A stretch of DNA of 59,378 bases, filler included, from Sphacelaria rigidula (taxonomy: Eukaryota): assembly GCA_964200075.2 (NCBI GenBank). It is 4 parts of 4 records of this genome, joined end to end, with 100 filler letters (N's around TTAATTAATTAA, not from the genome) between each part and the next. Parts side by side here need not be neighbours in the genome. Positions count along the whole stretch, not along the records: positions 1 to 14,771 come from CAXNAA020002056.1; positions 14,872 to 29,642 come from CAXNAA020002057.1; 2 more parts are not named here. One strand, given 5' to 3'. How positions within the stretch are numbered: the stretch's first letter is position 1; every line of letters starts with the position of its first letter. Below the pieces are notes generated by a model. That model was not told where the DNA came from. It worked only from the letters and a program-made list of their open reading frames with translations, and made no database searches. Positions 13,566 to 27,300 of this stretch are shown piece after piece. The position numbers were made by a program, and so were the translations under genes.

Positions 13566-13984
13566 TAGAGCTGGGAAATGGTACCAGTTATAACTGGCCA
13601 TTATAATTATAATGGTGATGATGGTAATGCTTATATGAAAATTTTCGATAGTGGTTTGAAACCATTATTTACCGTTACCGCCTTTATAAGCCGTTACTGG
13701 CTACGTATGCTACATACAGTCCTTGGAAATTGACCCAAATCGAACGTGAGTTTTAGCTCTCGAGAAGCCCAATCGTGTAAAAACGTGCCTACCGCACGGC
13801 GGGGCCCCCTGGAGGCACCTCTGGCGGGGGCCCCTCGTAGGGGGCCCCTCTACCGGGGGGCTTTTGGGTGAACGGCTGCGCCGCTCGATGACCAAACCAT
13901 CATGTACCATTTAACTGGTTAATGAGTGCGCTACGCGTACCCATTCAACTGGTTAATGGTTGGACAAACCATTTCCGAGCTCTA
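13566..13984. mobile_element. hAT-type MITE, copy 1
   Basis: TIRs TAGAGCTGGGAAATGGT / ACCATTTCCGAGCTCTA; 8-bp TSD ACAGGAAG / AGAGGAAG (1 mismatch). Confidence 0.88.
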
Positions 13985-14771
13985 AGAGGAAGCATATCGG
14001 GCCTCGTCGAGGGGCATTTCGGTACTGAAACGATTTATTCACTTATTGACCGCTTTCAACGCTCAATCGTGTACTCTGCTCTCAATCTCACGAAAACATC
14101 GTTATTTCTCGTTTTGGTCAGGGCAATGAACACACACGTCTCATTTGCACGAATAACGTCCTTCCTACTCTGCCCGTGCTCCTACCACGTATGGGACCCC
14201 TCATGTTAGGTCAGCATAGCTTTACACTGTCTTCAGTGTTGTTGTGGAACACGAAGGAGAAACACCTGCAGCGCGCAGTAGACTGTTTTGCTCCGTGAAC
14301 GAGGGCCTGAACGAGCGAAAATGCGCGGCCAGGCTAATAAACCGAATAATGCTAAGAGAAAAATGCACACGTCATCAGCTGTCCCGAGCTGTTGGACGTT
14401 TGAAGTAGGACACACGATTCGTCCCCCATTAACCCTTTCGGGACTGGGCCTCCAGAACGACCAATGAGGCTGGTTAGGGATGACGTGTCCTGCATATGCA
14501 TGAAACAATGGCTTCATGTTCCTGAAAATGTACGTATGCATACGTGTCTGGAGGGTTAGAGAACCGAACGTTTCATCCAGTATATTCTCAGCTGTAGGTA
14601 TAAACTGTAATGTAATTCGGGTGTTGTGCGCATCAGGTAGCGTAGAGATGTATCAAGCAGTATGAGTCGCCGTGGAGAGCTTTCAACAGGATGTGGCAAC
14701 CGCCGCCTGCTACTTGTTGCCCTTGGATATCATCCCCATCACCTTGCCACACAGCCCTTTGTGGTCGGGGT

Positions 14772-14871
14772 NNNNNNNNNNNNNNNNNNNNNNNNNNNNN
14801 NNNNNNNNNNNNNNNTTAATTAATTAANNNNNNNNNNNNNNNNNNNNNNNNNNNNNNNNNNNNNNNNNNNN
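14772..14871. other. artificial contig linker
   Basis: N-run + TTAATTAATTAA (stops in six frames) + N-run. Confidence 0.97.
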
Positions 14872-15688
14872 GACACATCACTTGATCGCATCGACGTAGT
14901 CAGCCCATTGCAACAAAAGATCCCCTCTTTCAGGAAAAACCGATTAGTGCCTGGAACAGTTTCAGTTCCGAAATGCCCCCCCAGGCGTAAAAATGCTTTG
15001 TGCAGTATCTCACTAACTAGACCGCCGAATTCCTCGAATGGGGTACTGTACAGTAGCTGCATGCACAGGACGTGTGCTCAAGCAGAAACAAAAGAAAGTT
15101 GCCTGGAAGGAACGCTGGAGCATCCACTCTGAATCCGATATTACGCTCTGAATCTCACGAATATGGTGTTTTAGATTGATGATATTTGAATGTGCTATGT
15201 ACCACAGAGTGTCGACGAGGGTTACCGCGGGCACCGCATGCACAAAGATGCGGATCTCACCGGGCATACCACATCATTTTCGGACCAAGTGGCAGAATGA
15301 GATCATTTCCGCGCTTCCACAGCATTTAAACATGCCATGTATATTGAACGAGACGCGTGTATGCGCTTCCCCGGAATTTATTGACACTACTGAAGGCTCA
15401 TTGGAGAGGCATACGCACTAGATAAAAATGTGCGGTAGTCTTCACCATTCGAGTAACACAATGACTCAACCGAGGGAGGGGGGGGGGAGAATAGTGTAGT
15501 CCAAGATGCTTTGTCACAAAACCTTGGAGATCTTCGCGGCTTACTTCAGCCTGGTATGTAGACCTTATCGCTCGGCCCTACATCAATTGAGTACTCAAAT
15601 CGCGTGCTTTCACTAACCCTGAGACGATTGAACAATAAAATAATTGCTTTGTGCAAACACATTCTGATTACGATATAGCGCTTAGCGC

Positions 15689-16377
15689 TCAACGCTGCAT
15701 GTCCTTCGGTATCGAGCTCCCCCTTAGTCCCGTCCTCAACCCAGTTGACCCCGAAACACCAACAGACTTGAGCCCGGTGTACCGCTCCCTTCTGATAGAT
15801 GAGTTCTCAAAGGCTAACAACTCAGGAAGGAATGCCAGTCGACCTACTACATCAAATAGTTCTTTGTTGTGCGGTAAGTGCTCGCTAAATTTGATTTCGG
15901 TCATGTTCCTGCCGGGGGCGCGTGCCTCGACACCGACACACAGTGGATGGTGCCAAGGCGACAAGCCAACCAATAAAGTATCGGAGGCAACAATTTCGAA
16001 CGAACAGGCGAGGAACATATAGATGGTCAACAACAAACACGGCTCGGGTCGGAGTGCACATTTGCATCCATGACATGGGGCGAACGCTCGGGCTGGGCAC
16101 AGAGTGCGGTACACGTCGTACGATGCTGTTATGATACATTGACAGCTCATTCATTTCTGACCGCTTAAGAGAGAGAAAAGGTGCCTGCAGTTTTTTTCGG
16201 CCAATTATTTTAAAGGAACGTTCCGAGTAGCGAAAAAAACGTGGTCGACTGATGACGTCACCCACGGTCGAGTAGTTTTATGATGACGCAAGTAAGGAGT
16301 CTATTCCAACACACCTGAAGAGAGGTCCTGCGATCGGTATTTTGTCACTCCTCCCACAGTAACTGCTGCTGCTGCTG

Positions 16378-16426
<49 letters not shown>

Positions 16427-19400
16427 GGAGATTACACAACAAATGAATACCGGTGGCTTTGAACCAATCAACAATAGTGACGAGAGAGCTGCGGCCATCC
16501 TCTATGCTCTCTCGTCACCAATCATCAGTGAGAAACGGAGTGGGGGGATGATGACGGATGCGTTCGCGTCATCAATCAATCACAAGAATCACCCAACACG
16601 CACGGTCAAATTGAATATTTTGAATTATCGCGAAAGGTGATCTCACGACCGCGGATGACGCCATCGGTCAACCACGGCTTTTTCGCCATTCTTCGGAACG
16701 TTCCTTCAAAAAAATGGGTATCGAGAAAACTGCGGGATGCCGTTATGCTATTTTTTTCCATTTTCACTACCCGTAGTGAAAGCAGTAACAACTGTAGAGC
16801 GCGTAGTTAGCGTGGTAGAAATAGTGATAGCGGTAAGGTGATAAAATATCGTTCATGTATGCCAGCATCACCTGAATGACGGAGGAAAATTATGAGCATT
16901 GGAAATGATGACATCACGCCACTCTTGCTCGTCGTCCTGAGGCGCGACGCGTGTGCGACCATTGGGGGGTGTACCCTGGACGTTTTCATCGACAGCACGC
17001 CCTTCACCCGTAACGGTTCTTATGGGGATTTGGGGGCATCAGCGGCAGTAGTAGCGAGAAACTACTGGCATTTTCACCCATCATACACACAACGTATCGT
17101 ACGCAAACACATTATGATATACGTCTAGCCATACAATCTTTAAGTAAGTGGTACGGTCCACGTAGACACGCGCCCGCCTTCCGCCCGTAAGGCCACGTGA
17201 CCACGCCCACACGGCCTAATGAGCATGACGTCGATGCCTCTCCCAGCATTTTAGTGCTGCCATACGGCTGCTCCTCATCACGCGGTGAATAGGCAGCAAG
17301 GTCTTTTGGATATTTCATTTGATCCGTGAATCTATTAGCGTGACCATACCATCGGATCGTGCACTTCGAGACATTCTGTAGATACTACGTGAGTAGATCC
17401 GTAGGTCGGTGTGCGGACTGCTTGTAAGCGCGTAGCGAGACTTTGTAAATAGTGAACTCTCGTTCAAGTATCCTGAGCCCGCCCGCGACGCCTAAATGTA
17501 TGATGCCGCCACTTGCGCCCTCCTCGAACGGTTTTCCTCACGAGAGGGAATCCGGCAAGGCTCTGACGGATCGGACTTCCTCTGATGCTCCCTATAGTTG
17601 GGACCCACAGTCAAGAGAATGGTTATGGAAAACGCGCGAGGGTCACAATGTGCTCACGAGCATGCCGTATACGCGAGTGAATCTGAATACATCACCTGAA
17701 CTCGCTCCCCCTCCCTCCCTTGAACCAGCATCGGGCTATGTTGTGGTGCCCGTTTTCGTACGAGGCGATCGGTGGAGACGCGGGCACTCGAGAATATTGC
17801 TGCCTGAACGTGGTACAAATGTTCCGCATGTGCATTCATGTGGTTGGACGGTACCGCGCATGATACAGGCAAGGGGGACAGGCCTCACCTCGTCAGGGGT
17901 AGACCGCCGGAATATCATGTGCGCGCTATCGAGCATCTCCCTCACCACTTCCTGGCAGACCGATGGTATGGTGCACGACGAAGAAACGGGGGCAAGTGAA
18001 CGGGTTCATCATCGAAAGGGCCATTGATTTGGTTCAGTTGCCTTCTGGCGTTTCTTTTTTTTTTAGGTCGGCCATCTCTTTCTGTGCTTTGCTTTTGTTG
18101 ATTTTCTTTATTCCTCTTCTTTTTTCACGTCATAGTCTACTATGTCGTTTTGTTCGACTTTTTTCTGTTCCCTCTTTTCTTGAGCAAGTGTTCCAGTTTT
18201 GCTTCTCTTGGGTACGTCTATCATGCGACCACGGCTGGACCCATGGGTGGTCAGTTGAAGTGCGACAATCAATCATCCAATCAAATCAATCAAAACCTGG
18301 GCACACACTTGATGATCAGATATCCTCGCTGATGGTGAGCTTCGGCTCGAGACTTCACGATTTTTTTCTGGCAGAAAAGCGATGTCGTCGTGAGGTCAAC
18401 AAACGAAATTAAATGACGGTTTCATGAACCGTATGCATCGATTCGCCATCTTGTGGCTCCTAGCCTCGAGGTTTCAACGCTTCGTTGTATTTTATGATCT
18501 TGCCTCGAGCAGAGAGATCTAACTCCCCTTGTTTCGCTTCGGTACGTCTGCTGGACTGATTTCACCATGGTGATCACGAGAGAGAGCATCAAAGGAGATA
18601 ATACAAGCTATTAACATTGTGAGTTCTGAGCTGCCTACCGCGACTTTTTGTCAGGAGAGAAACAAGAGGTTTTTGCAGCATCCCCACAATTTTGAGTGCC
18701 AGCTCTATACGTTGGAGATTGCACGAGCAAGTCATCTTGCTTTTCACATCATGCGTCGAGTACAGCCAACCACAACCCCTTGACCAAGTCGCGTGTCGAC
18801 GCACTATCTCTGTCGTGGAACTACAGCCATCGGCCAAACACTGATGAAGAGTGTCGTCGGTGTACCAGGCGTACCTTGACCACTATGGTGTAAACAGTCC
18901 GCATACTCAATGCACGTTTTCAACTAATTTTGTCGCAGAACCAAGTAGAGCCATCAGCCAGTTACTCACCGACAAAACGAATCGTGCTTGGTCAGACGTG
19001 CATCAACTATCTTGGTGTAAACTGTGAACAACTATGGGTGAGAGGGGGCTCTTGCATTGAAAAGAGCAACAGCGGAACACTCCACCGTCGTAGAGTAAAA
19101 TCTATACGCATTGCCAGCCAACGTGACGTGTCAAACGCACGGTGAACGGTGACATTGAAATCGTTAAAACAGCCTATTCGCACCTGCTCTCTGCGCTCTT
19201 TTTCTCTGGCCTCCAATCGCTTCGTGAGATCCGCCACCTCGCTCTTCACAGCATCCACCTACTGTGATACACCCGGTGTACGACAGTGGACGAGTGAATG
19301 CACTGATCAAAAGCTGAGGGTAGTTACTGAAGACATCGCCATTCTGATGAGACAGGTATCGTAAGGTTACGGCTTTGTTTTCGTAGCCTAAGAATGCCAT

Positions 19401-22400
19401 CATGCGCACCCGGGCGTACGCGCAACGTTGCCCGCAAGGGTCTTGATCATTGTACTTTCACAAATTCCTCGGCGAGCACGAGGGTGTGGCATTCGATTTC
19501 TTCATGAGGCCATATGATGGGTCGAGACCCGTTTACCTGCTCTTGCAGCTGCCGCTTTCTTGAATCTGCCTCGTCCACAATAAGCTGCAGTCTGTCGAGC
19601 AACGGCATCAAGTTTAAGCACGACAAAAGACAGATCATGAGGGAGCACTGATGCCTGGACGTACGTTCGGCTCCACGACGTCACACACCGATAATGAATA
19701 TACCCAGTTGGCTTCACCGGTGGCCAGAGAGGTGCTTTTTGCCACATGTTGGAGTGTTCTGCTCCTTGGTGGGGTCGTCAACTTGTAAACAAGGTGTACA
19801 GAATAAACATTGTTGTGAACGTTGGAGGACATCACCACAATGTTCTGGCACGCTTCATACGCGTCAACTCCCGCACCGCAGTACGGCACGTTGCGATACG
19901 AGACTGAGGGTATCGTAACCTTCTCGTTGTCTACCGGTATTTCACAAGTATCAAGTCTTCTTGCCCTCACAAACGCCCAACCCTGGTACATCAGAACATA
20001 TAAAGTATTATCCATCATGACATTTCGTGGAATAACCCGTAGCAGAGCGACGCGTACTTTATGAACGTGCCCGACGGCATGTTTGAATTCTCGCCTTTCC
20101 AAGATATTCATCCCCCAATTTCACACATTCATGACATGGAAAATGCGACAGGAGAAAAGACGGCCGTAAGGCGTAAGACTGGCAGAGTCATGCGCTTGTG
20201 GGCGGTGGAAATGGCTGTAAGCAACTTGCATACGACACCGGCAATGTGTTACAGGTCCGTTCTACTCGAAATTATCCCTGGTAATGGTGCTATTTCGCGT
20301 GGACTCACTCGTCATTGTGAGCATCTACCTCCACTCTCCTAGCCATTGACGCATCAATTTTGTCATCCAAGGCCTCCATCTCGGTAGTCGCGCGAGCATA
20401 TCGATCCTGCCGGATCGAACGTTTTGGAAGCACATATTTGTGCATACGGCGTATACTTCGGTCTTCCATTCGCTCTTAACCGATGAAGACGGTGTGACAA
20501 GAGCGAAGAGTCATGATTTCAGAGTCGAATGATGGTGGTGAATTGATCTGGTGATCACGCGGTCGTTCAGGCCTATCTGCTGTAGATAGCTGTTCCTGCA
20601 ACAGAGGGCCAGCGTTTTGGGTGGAGAAAACCTGCAAGGGAGAGAATGCAACCGGAAGCCCACTAAGTACATCATTCGCACGCGCCATTCGACAAGTTCA
20701 AGCAACCGCAACACAGCAGGCAAGGTGTATTGTTTGATTGAAAGTCAATCGTCTGTTTTGTCTGCTGCGCCAGTGGCTAGTGAAATGACACAATGGCAAA
20801 CCATGAAACACAGTGTTCTCACGTTGAGAGACTCGATTTCCGACGTCAGGCTTTCAAGACCTTCCTGCTCCTCGTCGATCTGCATTTCGCAAGCAGCGGA
20901 ATCGAGAGAAGTGGAACCAGCACGCAAATAATCCAAAATATCGTAAAACAGCGGGCCAACAAAAGAGAAGAGTGTATGTTTGAACGTATAGACGTCGACG
21001 CACCCAGCTTTCAGTCACAGCGAAGAGCACAGGCTGGACGATCGATGATGATCGACCCCGGCCGCTCCCGACGACACACGTACATAGTTTCCGAGAGCAT
21101 ACATCATCAGAGGATATGTTATCTCTGCACGACTGCAGTACTAGCACGCACCGCCACACACGTACCAGCTCCTGCAGCTTGCGGATCTTCTCCTCGCGCG
21201 CGATGCAGTCAGGATGGTCACACTCCAGGTATCCAGTTTCCCTGGGTGCTCGGAGTAATTCCAGCAACACCATCGTATTTTCATTCAGGTCGAGCTGAGT
21301 GTACAAAACTGTCACTAGCGGCTGAGATGGGGAACCAAGTCGCTGTGCGAACGTGGGAGCATCGCCACGTACGAATCAACCTCAAGCGAAGCGACGGCGA
21401 GCTTGCCGTCACATATGATGTCAAAAACGGCTTCGCCTGTCTGCCGTGAACATAGCACGTGTTTTCCACACAGGGTGATGAATGCTAAGCTTTTATCCCC
21501 GCACCCATTTCCGAGTAGGTTTATGAGATGTGAAAGACTGTAGACGCCAAGCGACAGCTTGAAAGGATTGACGATACACAGTGCCACAACGACAACACGG
21601 GGTTTAGTTGCCGAACTTTGGCGTGAGGTGTGTGCAAATACGGTCTGATTGCCCTACCTTCCGAAACGATCTCACTTGTTTTTTTCGCCCCTTCGACTCG
21701 GCTACCTCACCGTTGGAAGTGTGTCCCATCGAAGGAAGCGGCCGAACATTAAACAGAAAACGTGAGGATAAGAATGGCAGGAGAGAATAAAGGTGGGATA
21801 TCGCGACTTGTGTGGTGAGCGACTAGATCAATACCTGGGGAAATTTTCGCTCTGGCACAACCCAAAGGGTATCCCAACCCTTGTGTATGTAGACCCATGG
21901 TACTGATGTTTCATCGACAAGCGCTGCATTCACACTGAAGCTGGGTTTGTTTTTACTTTTCAAGTATTACTGCACATTGCTGGGGGGAAATACAAGTTTC
22001 AATGACACAGGGAAGCGAGAGATTGATCGCACTCAAAATTCGAGAACTTGCTCCTAGTGCAGGGCAGTTTAGATCATTCTTGTCCCATATGACCCGGAAA
22101 ACACAGCTGATGGGTGACAGGTGTCGACCCGGAACAAAAATCGGCGGCGTTCGGTGCAGTCACCCCCGCTACACTCCTGAAACATCTCTCCCCTAGGAGA
22201 CTTGTCTCTGCTTTCAACTCCCTCTCCTCTTTCCTTTACTGTAAGCGGTACCTCTCCGGGTGGCCGTGGTTGTATCTTTAGCATAGGAAGCAGCCGCTCG
22301 AGTGCCCCTTCTTGGCCTCCCTCCTCCCTCAACCCGATGGCGAACGACAGGGAATCCAGGTTTCCCTTGAGGTGGGACACGCTAGAGTAGGCATCGCGCG

Positions 22401-22450
22401 GGTTTCCGCTCTCGAAGGCCTCGTTTCGTCTACCGTCTGCGGTCATGTTT
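15689..22450 (-). CDS. multi-exon gene for an uncharacterised coiled-coil protein
   Basis: AG/GT-bounded exons at ~22450-22251, 21436-21381, 21294-21166 (LDLNENT...GYLECDHPDCIAREEKIRKLQEL), 20879-20823 (IDEEQEGLESLTSEIESLN), 20406-20329, 19584-19537, 19258-19184 (VDAVKSEVADLTKRLEAREKERREQ), 17951-17889, 17591-17542, 17331-~17155, 17018-16872 and terminal exon 15908-15689. Phases join from 21436 downward; linking exons near 21710-21830, 20560 and 18000-18900 and the start codon are uncertain. Confidence 0.7.
16175..16750. mobile_element. intronic MITE with ~100-bp imperfect TIRs
   Basis: TGCAGTTTTTTTCG...AAGGAACGTTCCGA...CGTGGTCGACTGATG (16185-16270) mirrored by CATCGGTCAACCACG...TCGGAACGTTCCTT...GAAAACTGC (16645-16740). 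Confidence 0.75.
16363..16427. repeat. (CTG)n(TTG)n microsatellite
   Basis: Directly visible trinucleotide runs inside the MITE. Confidence 0.95.
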
Positions 22451-24367
22451 CCTGGCGAACGAGCTCCATGAGGCGTAGCAGACGTCGCTGTCACTTCGAT
22501 TATGGGGTGACAACGGTTGAAGAAGGGCCGACCGAGGGAATATAGTAAAAGTGTAGAGGCACACTCTATTTTGCTTCCTTTCTTGTCTACTTAGAGGGCA
22601 TGTTTGCTTATATGCACGTCGGACTAGGGGAGATCTTGAGCGTAAGGACCTTAAACATGAACACAGGTAACTTCAACGACTACTTCTCACGTATCCCCAG
22701 GAAAGCAATGAACCAACCTGAGATTTTTGTAGGACTCCTTCCAAGAGCCTTGCGAGTAGACGCCGTTCGAGGACGGAGCGATGGTTGCGCCACCCCATGC
22801 ACACTTGCCATGATTGATATCTCGTGTAGGCAAGCGTTCGCGCAAGGAACGCGGCTCCTTCTCTCCTGAAGCAGAGAAGGTCGGCGCCGCAGGTGTGCAC
22901 ACTTTGCATTCACCATGTACACAACAGATCAGCACCGCGAAAACACTCACTACTGCCATGTAACGAGACTTGTGTATCAGTTGCGTTGTGAAATAGTGAG
23001 TGGTTAGTTGCTTTATCGATCGCAGCAGCTGGCCGGTACGCAGGTGAAATTTGCTGTACGAAAACGCCCAGCTCTGGGAGCACGGCGGCACCGCCGATGG
23101 TTAATGGTGAAGGGTTTTAAAACGTTAGCGCGAGAGCAACAGAACGAGAGGGAAATGGAGAAGAAGAATTATACATGTTCATCAATATAGCGCATGCTTT
23201 TGAGGACTAGTGAGATGATACCATGACACAGTTGACACGAGTCTCAGCGACTCGTCTTGTCGCCATGTACATGCCTCTGTCCCCTCGAAACATGAAATGT
23301 AATGTAGCAGCTGATATCGTGCTTGCAGGGTGAGGCTTGACTGAAGTGTATGGGTGCCTTAGTATTATATCGACAAAGAAATACTGTGCCTACATACTGG
23401 CAGTACCGCACCATTGTGCTGTAGATCTGCTGTACCGTACTGTACTACATACACACTGTACCTGACTACGTTGTGCCGACCCGTCCCGTATCTTACCTTA
23501 CACTTGTCCGTCACACAAAATGCTGTACAAACAATTCTGGAACAACAAATGGTCGGAGTATTTAGTGGAAGAAAACGTCGAAGGACTAGCACCACACTGC
23601 TCGTCTGTACAGGTAACTTTTGCTATATATTTCGAGTGACCGCGAGTCATCGTTGACTGATACAAGTATACTTTGCACACGGTGATACGTCGCCGGACGC
23701 CTCACATCGGTATAACGTCGCCGTTTGAAACGACACACCAGAGTCTCATTCACGAGACTCTTGCCATAGGTGAGGTTTATTGTATCAGACGAATAGCGTT
23801 GATGACCCCGCCTGGTGAAGGTGAAAAATATGCTTTGCTATTTTAGTCACGACTGGCTGACCTCAGTGGCAGAGCGTCTCTCTTGGCACTAAGGGACACG
23901 CTTCAAGAGAAGCGGAAGGGAAATCGACGGGATTCCTCGATCGAGCGGCGAAACACCAGACGCTTCGATTTATTTTTTGACAGTTTCAGTGCGTGTCTCA
24001 TGTGAACCATTTTCTAACTTTACTCGCATCTACTCCATGTCATGTCCTACCGCAGCTTCCCGAACACACCACCTCCGGTCGATAGACCAAAATTCGAGCG
24101 GCTGTATGTATAACCGAAAGCTGATAGATTAAATCGGCAAGGTGTCCTCCCCTGTCGAATCAAAGTTCAACTAATAGGGTGAAAGTACAAAACAAGCAAT
24201 TTTTATGTTTTCCTGTCGTGGGGTATTTCAACTGGGCAGCCCCGCGGCAGCAGCGTTGCGAACGGCGAGGCTCGTTCGACAAGACAACTCTGAACTGCAA
24301 CAGTAGCAGGCGAGTAGACAGGGGGCGAACAGAGAGCTAGCTGGCGGAAGCGGGTGCATAGGTCGAG

Positions 24368-27300
24368 ATGGCACGGAGCACCACATCGCAGCAGCAGCAG
24401 CAGCTAGCACCCATCCCTGATGGACCTGAGTTCGAAAAAACCCTGGTAAGTTGTTGTCGGCACATTGTTCTCCTTCAGCGCCCTCCAACTCTGCCCGATT
24501 TTTGCAGTCCCGTCACAGAAGATGACCAACACCAAGAGGAGGGGAAGGACGGCAGGATTTTGCACAGACAGTATATATATATCCAGCTTGGGAACGGGAG
24601 TTTTTCCATACGCTTAATTCATACATCGTTGGAGTTCATGTCTGCCGTACAAAACATGCCACCTCGGATGAAGATACCATTGACGAGAGGTAGGACAAGG
24701 GGGTAACGATGGGGTACTTGCTGTCGCGCACAGAGGTGTGGGCGGTCTGTACCCTCTGTTTTTGCGCTTGTAGCAGTTCCCCTAGTGTCAAGTTGAATAG
24801 TTGCGAACAGGCACACTACGCCCCCCCCCCTCTCTTCCCCCTCCCCCTGCTCCGCTGTTCCTCCATAAGATGTTCATGACCGCTGAGTTAGTTGCCGTTT
24901 TTTTTTAGAAGCTTCTTAATTGAAACCGTGCAGTGCTTGCATGCTTCCGTATCAACTACCAATGGGGTCAAACTCTGTTGTTTCTCCGGGTACACGTACT
25001 TTTACATGTTCTCGTGTGAGGGCGGGAGGGAGTGGTATTCAGCGTGTACCTCAAGGTCCATAGCGTCTTGATCGCGGTAAGGTAGGCAGGTGTTGTGTCG
25101 TTAGAAACATACCGGTGCCAGTGGGGTCTTGCGTCGAATTGTATTGCTGAAGTAGTACTCCTCAACCACAATCGGCAGTGCCCATCATCCATCTGGAAGA
25201 AGACTCCTGAGTGACGACCGACCCTCTTGCTTCTTGTGTGTTGAAGGTACTAGTAATAGACAGACTCATGCGAGCTGTCCCGCGTCAGGGATGTAGCGCT
25301 AAATTTATATGCTGTGGTCACTGGACCTCCGATGATCCCATGCGTCATCTGCATGCATTATATTTTCTCTCGCGCCCCGGCAGAGCGAGCAGGTGGATCT
25401 TATCCTGGATGAGGTCCGACTTTCGACGACTACGAGCGTAGGGCGACTTTTTGAATGGATCACCCAAAACCCCGGCCCTGAAGCTGCCGCAACCGCGGCG
25501 TACGGCGTGTTGGCAGTGAGTGTGCTGTACTGCGTACACAGCATTGGAAAATGATGTGGCTATTTTTGCATAAGATATCCAGAGATGGGTGTGTAACTGT
25601 TTTACAGACAGGAGTTCGCTCAACCATGTCAATTGACAGAGGGAACTAGGCTCCACTGTCTCGGTAACACTATAAACTCCGCAGGGGGTGCATAGTAACT
25701 ATTAAGTTACTATCGATGTGCAATAAGTAGAGGTCGGAAATGGTACCAATTATAACTGGCCATTATCATAGTAATGGTGATGATGGTAATGGTTCTATGA
25801 AATTTCTGCATAGAGTGGTTTCGAACCATATTCACCGTTACCGTCTTTACTTAGCCGTTACAGGCTACGTATGCTACATACAGCCCTTGTTAATTGGCCC
25901 AAATTTAACGTGCTTTTTAGCTCTCGTGACACCAAATCTCGTGAAAACGTGCGTCCCGCACGGCGCCTCCAGCAGGGTCTTCCGGGGCCCCCTCTGCCGG
26001 GGGGGGCTTTTTCGCTCGCGGCTGCGCCGCTCGATGACCGAACCATTATGTACCGTTCAACTGGTTAATGGTTAAACAAACCACTTCCGAGCCCTAGCAA
26101 TAAAAGAAAGAAGGTCTGTGGTCTTCACAGGCGCTTATGAGACAATTACATAATAAGCACACATGTCTAATATCAACTTGTAACAAGCTGTGGTGACCCT
26201 GTTGAAGATGAGATGGAGGGTAAAACAAGAGGGGTTGCCTCACACTATAACCTCTTCTCAATAGACTATCCGCACCATAAAACTGTACGTCCAAACTCTT
26301 GACACTACAGGCGCTACATTTGGCTTTACATACCTAGCTCTTCCTTATTCTGACAGTACTTGAGCTATTGTTCTTGGCCTATCGTGATTCTACCTTACTA
26401 TTTTACTTGCTCGGTTACTATCATCTTTGCTACTTCGTCCTGTCTTTCGCCCCGGTGGGTCAGTTGGTAACCTCGAAACCTTCTGAGGGTTGGGTCGTGG
26501 GTGGGTTCAAATCTCCGAGCGATCTGGGATTTTTTCTCACACAACGCCCAACAGTGGAGAGCGACCATGTCGTGGGTACACAAAATTCGACTCGATGGTC
26601 GACGTGGCAAAGAGACTGCTGAACCTCTATCGAGATGAGAAATAAAGGCAAGCACCGCCGAAGGAAGGTGGAGAAGTAAAGCAAACAAGAAAGAAGAACC
26701 TCCTGTGTTGGCCTTCCTCCTGGGTGACCCCGCTGGTGCGTCCACATATACCGAAAGATGTAGACCGGCGTCCAAAATAGATGGGACAATGACACGCACA
26801 CACACTTCGTTACTTCTCAACTCAACCGCAACTAAATACTGCGCTCAACTACTTATGATATTCGGAACTGTATTTATTTTGCAACACACAATTACGATGC
26901 ATCCTACATTACATTGGAACACGCAAAACGGTTCGTATTTTGGCCACGTCAACAGACTGAAGTTTCAACTGCAGAGCCACATTTGATTTGATTGATGCAT
27001 GTGGCTAAGGTTTTTGTTCAGGAATTTATAAAGCGAAACAGTGCAAAAGCTTGAAGAAGGTCGGAAGTAGGGGCTACACGGTGGGAATTGTTGGAAATTC
27101 TCACAGCAACTAATGATTTTCTGTTCTACCCATAAAACGGTTTAGGTACCCCCCGCCAGGTCGTATTTTTGTCGACCCTGGAGGTGGTACTTCGTTCGCT
27201 ACGCAATGCCATGTCCGGTACGGCACAACTGTGCAATAGCATAGCAGGTGGTTAAAGTATTGCACACCCTGGAAAATATATGATCAATAGATGCAATAGG

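Noticed and set aside
14816-14827. TTAATTAATTAA as a biological motif (e.g. piggyBac TTAA sites)
   Set aside because: Identical and centred in N-runs three times; it is an assembly spacer.
16301-16640. Poly-Asn / poly-Leu ORFs
   Set aside because: Translations of a microsatellite inside an intronic MITE.
26448-26525. tRNA gene
   Set aside because: A/B boxes are present but there is no cloverleaf, and the sequence runs into a body shared with two other SINE copies.
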